64,000 bases of DNA, taken from a bacterium. GTDB lineage: Bacteria; Patescibacteriota; Minisyncoccia; Phycocordibacterales; UBA1006. This document shows, in pieces, positions 56,641-64,000 of this stretch. Position 1 is the first letter of the stretch. Every line of letters starts with the position of its first letter. The position numbers and the translations under genes are program-made. A model generated the notes under the pieces. The model saw only the letters and a list, made by a program, of their open reading frames with translations. It was not told the origin of the DNA and searched no databases. The stretch is taken from assembly GCA_037144045.1 (NCBI GenBank), contig JBAWXN010000001.1, positions 203,752-267,751 of the forward strand. Reading direction: 5' to 3'.

Positions 56641-57003
56641 TTAATTAATCTTTTCTAGAAAATTTCCAAGCGACCCTTTAATCAAATTCCTCAACGTCTC
56701 ATCACTAATATAAATATAAGCCCCCTTGATTCCTCTCGTAAGCAAGGTCTTATAAATATTGATAATATATCGTTTCAGCTCTTCAGGGTCACTTATTCCT
56801 CGACCACCATTGATATCCTTATATTTTTTCGGATCAATAACTAACTGTTTAGTTTCAAGATCGTAAGAAATCTCCGGACCAACGATTACGCCTACATAAT
56901 TCAAATCATATCCCTGAACTGTGTGAATACACCCAACCTCGTTTACTGAATTTGGTGAGTTTACCCAATCCTGAGCAACACTATTCCAAACCAGTTTCGT
57001 TTG
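56641..57003 (-). pseudogene. C-terminal fragment of a DUF2075 (Schlafen-group-3-type) helicase
   Basis: WNS..QDWVNS.NS.NEVGCIHTVQGYDLNYVGVI.GP..N.YK.LLTRG.KG.Y.Y; no Walker A region. Confidence 0.85.
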
Positions 57004-57050
57004 TTACGGAAATTAACCACTCGTTTAGTGAGGTCTTTCATATCTGACAT
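56991..57050 (-). pseudogene. N-terminal fragment of a MazG-like nucleotide pyrophosphohydrolase
   Basis: MSDMKDLTKRVVNFRNKRNW matches the family start L...I..FRD.RDW; then runs out of frame into DUF2075 and stops at 56961. Confidence 0.65.
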
Positions 57051-57107
57051 AAGTCCGTTATATCATGTTTTTCTTTATTTTTCCATGATATTTTATTTAT
57101 TGTATTT

Positions 57108-57407
57108 TTACGTTATCTTCACCCGTACCTTTACCTCATCCCCCGCCATCAACCCCTCCGCCTTGCGTACTTTGGCCTTGATACAAATCATGAGCGAGCG
57201 GTCTTTGACCAGCGGAAACAATGATGTATCCCATTGTGTCTTACCTATCTTAGCCGAAACCTTGATCATACCCTTGCCATATTTCGTGCGAATCGGTTCG
57301 AAATAGTCACGCGGAAGATGCACAAAATGCCACGTGCCCGCCGAAGAGGCGGGGCCCATGCCAGGCCATTTCCAGATGGTTGCCGTAAACGAAAACGTAG
57401 ATTTCAT
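57108..57407 (-). CDS. DUF1905 domain protein
   Basis: F.A.IW.W.G..WHFV.LP, V.AKIG.T.W.TSLFP, K..VRKAEGL..GD.V.V; start MKSTF; visibly more GC-rich. Confidence 0.88.
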   Translation of the reverse strand: MKSTFSFTATIWKWPGMGPASSAGTWHFVHLPRDYFEPIRTKYGKGMIKVSAKIGKTQWDTSLFPLVKDRSLMICIKAKVRKAEGLMAGDEVKVRVKIT

Positions 57408-57490
57408 ACTATTATTTATTATAACAAAAACCCCAATATGGGGTAATTGTTTTGAGTGATTGCTGTTGTTTTGAATTAAACCAGGTCGTA

Positions 57491-57643
57491 TTACGTGAGC
57501 GGATTGCGTCCTTGAATAATACGAATCAAGAACATCACAATAGCAATAACAAGGAGGATGTGGATGAACCAACCAATAGAATAGATTCCAATGACTCCAA
57601 GGAGCCACAGGATGAGTAAGATAACACCAATAGTAACGAGCAT
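57491..57643 (-). CDS. lmo0937-family small membrane protein (50 aa, not in ORF track)
   Basis: MLVTIGVILLILWLLG..IHILLVIAIVMFLIRIIQGR. Confidence 0.88.
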   Translation of the reverse strand: MLVTIGVILLILWLLGVIGIYSIGWFIHILLVIAIVMFLIRIIQGRNPLT

Positions 57644-57727
57644 AACAGTAATTGATTACGGTGGATAAGGCGACTTACTGAGTAAGTTCCTATCGGTACT
57701 ATTAAGCAATAGCAAAGGTACTATGTG

Positions 57728-58216
57728 TTATTTGAGGTAACTATCGAACCAAATCGCATGACACGTATATCCGTTGGGATTTTTCTGTAAATAATCCTGA
57801 TGGTATTCTTCAGCTTTCCAAAATTTGGTAAACGGCTCAAGCGTTGTCACCACAGGTCCCGGCCAACGTTTTGAATCATTTACGATCTTAATGAAGTCTT
57901 CTGCTTGTTTCTTTTCAGATTCGTCTTGGTAAAAAATAGCGGATCGATAGGAAGTTCCGATATCATTTCCCTGCTGATTAAGCGTTGTAGGATTATGAAT
58001 TTGGAAGAAGAAATCAAGGATCGCCTGGTACGAAGTTTTCGTATCATCATATTCAATATCTAATGCTTCTGCATGGCCTGGATGATTATTATAATCTGGA
58101 TTTTCATTCGTCCCGCCGGTATATCCTGCATCTACATTAATAACTCCAGGTTGGGTTCTCAGTAATTCTTCAAGTCCCCAGAAGCATCCCCCGGCTAAAT
58201 AAGCGTGTTGTATCAT
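57728..58216 (-). CDS. msrA: Peptide-methionine (S)-S-oxide reductase
   Basis: [34 protein letters not shown]. Confidence 0.96.
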   Translation of the reverse strand: MIQHAYLAGGCFWGLEELLRTQPGVINVDAGYTGGTNENPDYNNHPGHAEALDIEYDDTKTSYQAILDFFFQIHNPTTLNQQGNDIGTSYRSAIFYQDESEKKQAEDFIKIVNDSKRWPGPVVTTLEPFTKFWKAEEYHQDYLQKNPNGYTCHAIWFDSYLK

Positions 58217-58231
58217 CGTATTTCTTAATTA

Positions 58232-58435
58232 TTATTCAATCGGACAAGTATTTTTCCCAATTAATTGATAGAACAAACACCAACTCATGAGTGCTTGGAA
58301 GAAGCAAAAGAGTGCCACAATCCCAAGAATTATTTTTGTCCACAGCGGCATAACAACGAATACCATTAAGGCAACTAATATCATTCCTGTAAGTGCACGC
58401 ATTACTCGATCAAATGTTCCAATATTTTTTTTCAT
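58232..58435 (-). CDS. DUF2892/YgaP membrane protein
   Basis: MKKNIG..DR..R, WC..YQL.G.NTC. Confidence 0.88.
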   Translation of the reverse strand: MKKNIGTFDRVMRALTGMILVALMVFVVMPLWTKIILGIVALFCFFQALMSWCLFYQLIGKNTCPIE

Positions 58436-58464
58436 AGTGTTATAGATTATGTATAAATTAATAA

Positions 58465-58863
58465 TTACCAATTCATAACAGTCACTGTAATTTGAAGCAC
58501 TGTTGCAAAACATACCCAAGCCAAGTACGGAATATTTACATACGTTACCCACGGCACATATTTATAAATTGCCGCAAGTGCCCAGATCAGGGTTCCGAGC
58601 ACGAGCAGAATATCAATCATAGCAAGCAGATTATTCTGAAGTCCAAACTGAAGTGGAGTAAACAGTGCGTTAAAAATAATATTAAGGATAAACGGTAGTA
58701 CTACAATAAATGGAATTTTTTTAAGTACAAAGAGATATCCAACATACCCATACGAAGCTGCAATAATTGCATACAGTACCGTCCACACCGGACCAAAGAG
58801 CCAACCTGGCGGTGCCCATGACGGTTTGAGTAATGCGCTATACCAGGTGTAAGAAGTATTCAT
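58465..58863 (-). CDS. tspO: TspO/MBR translocator family
   Basis: WY..L.KPSWAPP.WLFGPVWT.LY, PYLAWV.FA. Confidence 0.93.
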   Translation of the reverse strand: MNTSYTWYSALLKPSWAPPGWLFGPVWTVLYAIIAASYGYVGYLFVLKKIPFIVVLPFILNIIFNALFTPLQFGLQNNLLAMIDILLVLGTLIWALAAIYKYVPWVTYVNIPYLAWVCFATVLQITVTVMNW

Positions 58864-58905
58864 AAAAGAAGTATAGCACTATATCTTTTTTAAAGAAAAA
58901 CCAAC

Positions 58906-59130
58906 CTATTTAGGTCGGTTGATGGGTTTTTTACCGTTGGGTTTATGAGGTCGCCCGTTGGCTTCTTTGAATTTAGAAATCGTTGCAGAAAGCCTATCCG
59001 CAGAAAATATCGTTGATCGCCCCATAGTTTGTGCTTTAAGCAAGTCCCATGCTTTTCCCTTTTCGATACGCGCAGATTTACCTGGCATATTACGATGACG
59101 CCCCTTTTTATTAGACGTAGGGTTTTTCAT
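58906..59130 (-). CDS. Basic hypothetical protein
   Basis: 74-aa Lys/Arg-rich ORF; start overlaps the pspC stop (ATGA). Confidence 0.65.
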   Translation of the reverse strand: MKNPTSNKKGRHRNMPGKSARIEKGKAWDLLKAQTMGRSTIFSADRLSATISKFKEANGRPHKPNGKKPINRPK

Positions 59131-59399
59131 AGTAATTCTGTTTCTGAACTCGTTGAATCAGGTTCAGGTTCTGATTCTTTCGCTTTATGTTCTGTGTGGT
59201 GCACGACATTTTTTGGATTTTCAGGAACAATGAAATATGCAATAAGGTATGCTAATACCCCAGGGAAAAATCCTGTTATAAGTACAAAAAATACAAACGC
59301 AAGGCGCATGAGTGTGGAATCTACTTGGAAATAGTCCCCGAGTCCACCAATAATTCCGAAAACATACTTGTCTGTGACTGATCGATATAGTTTTTTCAT
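59127..59399 (-). CDS. pspC: PspC domain protein
   Basis: KKLYRS..D....G..GGL..YF.VD.T..RL, AY....I.PE. Confidence 0.92.
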   Translation of the reverse strand: MKKLYRSVTDKYVFGIIGGLGDYFQVDSTLMRLAFVFFVLITGFFPGVLAYLIAYFIVPENPKNVVHHTEHKAKESEPEPDSTSSETELL

Positions 59400-59474
59400 A
59401 TAATACAGTATATCACATTATTGACACAACACATAAATAGATGGATTACCCTCGGCAAGCAAGTTTCTCAATGT

Positions 59475-59503
59475 TTGACATATATAAAATTGAGTGCTAT
59501 TAT
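59475..59503 (+). promoter_or_regulatory. Sigma70 promoter
   Basis: TTGACA-17 nt-TATTAT with TG extension. Confidence 0.75.
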
Positions 59504-59526
59504 CACAAAAAACCACAACTAGATAT

Positions 59527-60864
59527 ATGACGATAGAACTTGGACTCTTGAAAGAAACATTACTCCTTTGGGAAGATCTAAACAAAGCTACTGAATTTGA
59601 CTACCGTATTGGTGCGATCAGTAAGGGATTAGGTATTACTCCTGAGGAACGTAAAACCCTCGATGATTTTGAAGTAATTCACGGATCGGAAGTTTCAAAA
59701 AACTTTCAACTGAGCAAACCAATTACGAACTACGAACAATTTGGAGAACTCCTTACTCATGGAACCGCTCAAGAACTCATACAAGCAAATGCTGATGATT
59801 TTTTAGTTTCTGTTCCCACATCAATGGTAACGGACTTTAGCTCGAAATTCGATTTCACTGCTAAAAAGGTACCCACCCTATTGCTTGCACCTCATTATTT
59901 ACTTAATTGGGCCATTTACAAGAAAGTGTGTATTGTAAAAAATCGCAAACTTCTTGAACAACAAGGGCGTACTACCGAACTATCGTTTGTGCGACAGCTT
60001 CCCTACGATTGTTTTTTATTGAAATGTGAAGAACCTTTCATATTTGATATTATGGACAGTGATACTGCCTACCATTTTGAACTTGCACATATCATTGTTT
60101 TGAAACAAGACGGAGAAGTTAACTTGTTTGGTATTCCCAACGAGGTTGCAGATCGTTCTTTTGATGAAGATGAAGTGAAGCTGGTTGATGGAATTATTGA
60201 TTCAGTAAAAAGAATTCCTCTCAAGGAAGTACTACACGAAGTTACCCGCAATCCAACGTCACGCAAGTCTCGTAAAGCAGCAGAACAAATGCGTAAGATT
60301 TTTAAAGAGCTCGATCGTGTTCCTAAGGGAATGTTTGAGCGCATTTACGATGCGCACCTTATGTTCTTTCATTACTCACTTGATGCGACTACTGGCGAGA
60401 ATACTCGCTGTAGCCCTAGTCATTTTGTTGCCGGATGGGAAGTAAACGAAAGTAAGTATGCTGCGTTTATTGAAAGCATACTCCTTACCTTAGATGGTAT
60501 GTGTGTTGCTCTTCAAGAAAGTCGCCCCACTGAATTAGTAACCATTATCGAAAACAACATGAATCCATTACACGATTCAGTTGCCACAGTAGTCATTCCT
60601 AATTCTGGAATTACTGCATTGGAATGGTACGAAGTACCTGAACAAGGAGTGGATTTCTTCACTTCGTACAAACACAAAGGTGCCGTTAAAGTACGTGTCA
60701 CTCGAGGATCTGAAAAGAGTCCCCACGTGAGACGTAGTCACACCCGTAACAGATACGACAAGGATGGTAATATTATTAAAAGCTTTCAGGTAAAATCTGC
60801 TGTAATACGAAAAGACCTCCTTGAAAAAGGGGTCGGTTCTCGCAGTGGTACCTTAATTGTCTAA
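59527..60864 (+). CDS. Hypothetical protein with C-terminal PHxRRxHxR basic motif
   Basis: Long ORF; start reset to MTIEL; SPHVRRSHTRNRY; terminator CCCTAAGCAT-TTC-ATGCTTAGGG. Confidence 0.75.
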   Translation: MTIELGLLKETLLLWEDLNKATEFDYRIGAISKGLGITPEERKTLDDFEVIHGSEVSKNFQLSKPITNYEQFGELLTHGTAQELIQANADDFLVSVPTSMVTDFSSKFDFTAKKVPTLLLAPHYLLNWAIYKKVCIVKNRKLLEQQGRTTELSFVRQLPYDCFLLKCEEPFIFDIMDSDTAYHFELAHIIVLKQDGEVNLFGIPNEVADRSFDEDEVKLVDGIIDSVKRIPLKEVLHEVTRNPTSRKSRKAAEQMRKIFKELDRVPKGMFERIYDAHLMFFHYSLDATTGENTRCSPSHFVAGWEVNESKYAAFIESILLTLDGMCVALQESRPTELVTIIENNMNPLHDSVATVVIPNSGITALEWYEVPEQGVDFFTSYKHKGAVKVRVTRGSEKSPHVRRSHTRNRYDKDGNIIKSFQVKSAVIRKDLLEKGVGSRSGTLIV

Positions 60865-60911
60865 CACTTACATCACCCTAAGCATTTCATGCTTAGGGAT
60901 TTTTTATACCA

Positions 60912-62273
60912 TTAATCTATACGCAACCCCCACGGACTTGCATCAGGAAGGCGTTCCTGCCGTGCGAGGAAAAATTGCCAGACACTAAATATCATAAGTC
61001 CAATAAGAACGATAAATTTATATGTCACCCACTGTTCCGGGGTAAAATAGACACGTGCCCATTCATTAGTTGCCGCAATTGCAATCATGATTACCATCCA
61101 ACGAATCGATACAATTTTCCATCCTCGATCAGTAATAGCAAATATAGTTCCAAATAATGATTTTAATATAAGTTTTCCAAACAGGAGCGGCACGAGAATA
61201 ATTAATCCGAATCCTCCAAAATAGAGCGTGTCCTTGAAAATAATATATTGAGGATTATGAAGCACAATCGTGAGCGCTCCAAAAATAATTACCGTAAGGC
61301 TTGCAAATAATGGAAACAGCGCAAGTTTTTTATAGAGGCGAATACTTGCAAATAATGTTATTACCATTGCGACTACTAAAATTGCAACCGACGTCATGAA
61401 ATTAAAAATTTCAAACGTGATGAAAAAAAGTACCAGTGGCCCAAATTCAATAAGTATCGCTGCGACGGTCTTTGGTGATGCATTCCGAGTAATCCATACT
61501 GGAATAGGAATAAGTGCACTCGTTCGTTTTTTATATTCAATAAATTCCGGATTGGCCACCATTGATGACTCTGCAAGTGGAATTCCTGATACAAACACAA
61601 TAAGTCCTGTGATAATCAAAGGACCAATAATCCCCAAAACACCATACGGAACCCCTAGCGCTATTACCCACAATCCCCACCATTGGGTAACTTCACCAAA
61701 ATAGTTCGGGTGTCGTGAATATTTCCATAATCCCGATTGCATAATATGACCCTTGTTTTCAGGAATGGAAATAAATGCCTTGAGTTGACGATCTGCTACT
61801 GATTCACTTATGAATCCAATCAACCAAATAATGACCCCTGCAATCATCCAGCCAAACGAACCATATACGGGCGATTGCATCAGAATAATTACAGGACTCA
61901 CAATGATTACTGCCAATAACGCTTGTAAGAGAAATACTTGAACAAACGATCGTACATAAAAATACCAACCGTTCCCCCATTGATTTCGCCATGCAACATA
62001 CCGACGGTCTTCGGGTGATTTTTGATGACGTTTAAAAATATGCCACGACAGACGCATTCCCCAAATAGCAACGAGGCCAAGAGGTATGAGGCGTACATCA
62101 AATCGAGGAACATGCATCAGGAATGTCACTAATGAAATTCCTATAAAATACGTTCCCCATCCAATATCAGCAACGTCGTTACGCGCACGAATAAGACTTA
62201 CCCCATACCAAAACACCGCAAGGACTGCGGCGGTTATGAGTGCATATACAAAAGAAGGGAGCAATAATTGCAT
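60912..62273 (-). CDS. Fusion of DUF1295 (steroid 5-alpha-reductase-like) and IspZ/YciB membrane domain
   Basis: D..WG, WG.RL..H, EDRRY, AD.QL..F, GLWKYSRHPNYFGE; then EFGPLV.FFI, FG.LT..LH...I.FKDT, NE.AR..F..EQWV.YK. Confidence 0.85.
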   Translation of the reverse strand: MQLLLPSFVYALITAAVLAVFWYGVSLIRARNDVADIGWGTYFIGISLVTFLMHVPRFDVRLIPLGLVAIWGMRLSWHIFKRHQKSPEDRRYVAWRNQWGNGWYFYVRSFVQVFLLQALLAVIIVSPVIILMQSPVYGSFGWMIAGVIIWLIGFISESVADRQLKAFISIPENKGHIMQSGLWKYSRHPNYFGEVTQWWGLWVIALGVPYGVLGIIGPLIITGLIVFVSGIPLAESSMVANPEFIEYKKRTSALIPIPVWITRNASPKTVAAILIEFGPLVLFFITFEIFNFMTSVAILVVAMVITLFASIRLYKKLALFPLFASLTVIIFGALTIVLHNPQYIIFKDTLYFGGFGLIILVPLLFGKLILKSLFGTIFAITDRGWKIVSIRWMVIMIAIAATNEWARVYFTPEQWVTYKFIVLIGLMIFSVWQFFLARQERLPDASPWGLRID

Positions 62274-62275
62274 AA

Positions 62276-62671
62276 TTATTTAAGAATAAAGTAAGCAACA
62301 GTACTTGCAATAGACGTAAGTACGGTTCCCCAAATCATGTCTACTACGGTAACAATCATGGGCCAGTTCGTAACAGTTGCGTGATTGGTGAGGTCATACG
62401 TTGCGTATGCAACCAACCCAAATAATGCACCTCGTAACGCTACCTCGTACCACGGAATCGCTCCAGCAAGCGCAGGACTTACAATAAGCACCGCTACCCC
62501 AATAGCGTAAATAACATAAAAAATTCCAGCGGCAATCCAAACAGGATGCGCCGACATGATCGATGCAAGGTATTTAGCATAGAATGGCTTATTCATAGCT
62601 GTAAGCCAAATCGCATCAAGAACTAACATAGGAACGGCAACTGCAAAAAAAACTTTAAGGGTGTTGATCAT
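62276..62671 (-). CDS. DUF2177 membrane protein
   Basis: LDAIWL, GALFGL.AYATYDLTN.AT...WP....VD..WG; start MINTL. Confidence 0.92.
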   Translation of the reverse strand: MINTLKVFFAVAVPMLVLDAIWLTAMNKPFYAKYLASIMSAHPVWIAAGIFYVIYAIGVAVLIVSPALAGAIPWYEVALRGALFGLVAYATYDLTNHATVTNWPMIVTVVDMIWGTVLTSIASTVAYFILK

Positions 62672-62675
62672 AGTG

Positions 62676-63092
62676 TTATGCAATCCAGAAGCCAAGAATG
62701 GCTCCAAAGATTATAAATAGTATTAATTGATATCCTGATTGAATAAGAAATCGAGTCCACGCGATTTTACGTGAATCATTATTCCACATTGCCGTTGCAG
62801 CAATCGTAGGCATAATAAATGCTGACCAAGTAATAAATGCGTTAAAAATTCCAGCTTTTCCAAATCCGGCCGTCATATCAGTAAGAACAAATACTTGATA
62901 TAACACCAGTACAAACTGCAATGCATACAATGGCAATGCGTCACGCTGCATTTTCTTACGCGCTTCTGCATCGTGATGATTTACACCAATTACCTGCATC
63001 CATTTTTTACCAAACAATGGACCGTACCAAATCGCTCCGATAACCATCGCAATTACTGCACACCACACCACAGCTAATAGATTTATTTCCAT
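62676..63092 (-). CDS. DUF1761 membrane protein
   Basis: IN.LAV...A...M.IGA.WYGPLFGK.WM, I..GY. Confidence 0.9.
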   Translation of the reverse strand: MEINLLAVVWCAVIAMVIGAIWYGPLFGKKWMQVIGVNHHDAEARKKMQRDALPLYALQFVLVLYQVFVLTDMTAGFGKAGIFNAFITWSAFIMPTIAATAMWNNDSRKIAWTRFLIQSGYQLILFIIFGAILGFWIA

Positions 63093-63204
63093 AGATTAAT
63101 GATACATTACTAAATTTAAGACACTTAAGTATACCAAATGGGGACATTAAGGTGGTACTTGACTTAAGTTTTAAGGTATGCTAATGTGTTTTCAAATCAA
63201 GTGA

Positions 63205-63525
63205 ATGAGACTAATTGTAGTTGGTTATGCCGCGGCAGGATTGATTGCAGCGTTAAGCTCAGTCACCCTACCCCAAGATATCATTATCGTAAGTAAACCA
63301 GAGGAAGACATAGCAACCCTCCACTCCTTTGAGCAAGTACTCCTTGCAAAAACAATTTCTGATATTAATCGACTTGAGGCAACCCTTGCTTCAAGTAACG
63401 AATACGTTCTTTATGACTTTTTACGAGCTACTGGATTCCCTGCGTGTTCCAACACAGGTACCAGGCTCATCAGCAACATTGTATGTTGCAAACATAACGT
63501 GCGGCAATCGCAGCACCCACCCTGA
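63205..63525 (+). CDS. Hypothetical protein
   Basis: Promoter TTGACT-17-TAATGT (63159-63187) upstream; terminator ATCCCTTCT..AGAGGAGGGAT-T7 downstream. Confidence 0.55.
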   Translation: MRLIVVGYAAAGLIAALSSVTLPQDIIIVSKPEEDIATLHSFEQVLLAKTISDINRLEATLASSNEYVLYDFLRATGFPACSNTGTRLISNIVCCKHNVRQSQHPP

Positions 63526-63602
63526 GTGGATGATCCCTTCTCGTTAGAGGAGGGATTTTTTTATACAAAAAAAACCTGGACGAACCAGGTCTATTTATTT
63601 AA

Positions 63603-63998
63603 TTAATCTAATCCTTCATACTGCAAATCATTAAAAGGAAATTCATCCGTTTTAGGATTTACCTGAGAAGCACCATCATGATCTGTGCGTTGCTTATGAG
63701 GTTTACCTACCCCTGCGCGTATAAACATCCGAGGAGTCCTCACGATTCCCTGTTCTGCATTGCGACTACGATAATTCGCATAATCACGAAATGCTTTTTC
63801 AAGAAATAATCGATGTTCATCGGACAAATTTTGATAGAGCCAAGTTTTGGGTAGTCGGTGTTTATTCGGACATGTGAAGGCGTACTGCAATAATTCATTA
63901 CCGGGAACATTCCGAATGGTCGGTTCCTGATTGCACGTAGCGCACGGATCAGGCCATGCAGTAACGAGTGCAATAAATGCGGCAATATACTTTTCAAA
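63603..63998 (-). CDS. 3' part of a hypothetical protein with CxxC...CxxxH (Zn-ribbon-like); 5' end beyond window
   Basis: Frame of ORF 63603-63890 stays open to the window edge: FEKYIAAF..WPDPCATCNQEP..FTCPNKH. Confidence 0.65.
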   Translation of the reverse strand, partial: FEKYIAAFIALVTAWPDPCATCNQEPTIRNVPGNELLQYAFTCPNKHRLPKTWLYQNLSDEHRLFLEKAFRDYANYRSRNAEQGIVRTPRMFIRAGVGKPHKQRTDHDGASQVNPKTDEFPFNDLQYEGLD

Positions 63999-64000
63999 TC

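Noticed and set aside
56961-57050. Programmed frameshift producing a MazG-DUF2075 fusion
   Set aside because: Both parts lack their catalytic cores, so a deletion scar is more parsimonious
57408-57608. N-terminal extension of the DUF1905 ORF in the track
   Set aside because: Region holds the lmo0937-family gene in another frame plus a terminator; true start is 57407
1-64000. Alternative genetic code (UGA=Gly, as in Gracilibacteria/Absconditabacteria)
   Set aside because: Conserved genes are full length under code 11 and TGA serves as a stop (e.g. nth, pspC)

Overview
64-kb window of an AT-rich, gene-dense bacterial chromosome (genetic code 11). The gene content and style point to Patescibacteria/CPR, probably Parcubacteria (inference). 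Positions 1-34.2 kb are mostly + strand housekeeping genes: pth, rpsA, obg, gatB, pheST, rplY, rpmE2, prfA, tRNA-Ile, tlyA, trhO, a PIF1-type helicase, queA, rsmI, ctpA, rplI and rpmA. Positions 34.3-64 kb are almost all - strand accessory genes: ABC-F, nth, two giant surface proteins, stress and membrane genes, and a decayed MazG-like/DUF2075/OLD-like defence island. A symmetric 11-6-11 bp dif-like site (34241-34268) lies exactly at the strand switch, so the window probably spans the replication terminus. Other notable signals: (1) TGnTAnnnT -10 boxes 6-9 nt before many start codons with no Shine-Dalgarno, suggesting leaderless expression; (2) a PheRS whose beta subunit lacks the editing domain; (3) a promoter-to-terminator unit with no credible ORF (candidate sRNA); (4) unannotated small basic peptides, one in an attenuator-like position before ABC-F; (5) a ~390-aa domain nested inside an adhesin beta-helix; (6) unusually long perfect palindromes at convergent gene ends. 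No CRISPR array, rRNA, transposase or integrase was seen. Family calls come from motif recognition by eye, not database searches. Several start codons were moved downstream of the ORF-track starts on the basis of promoter position.
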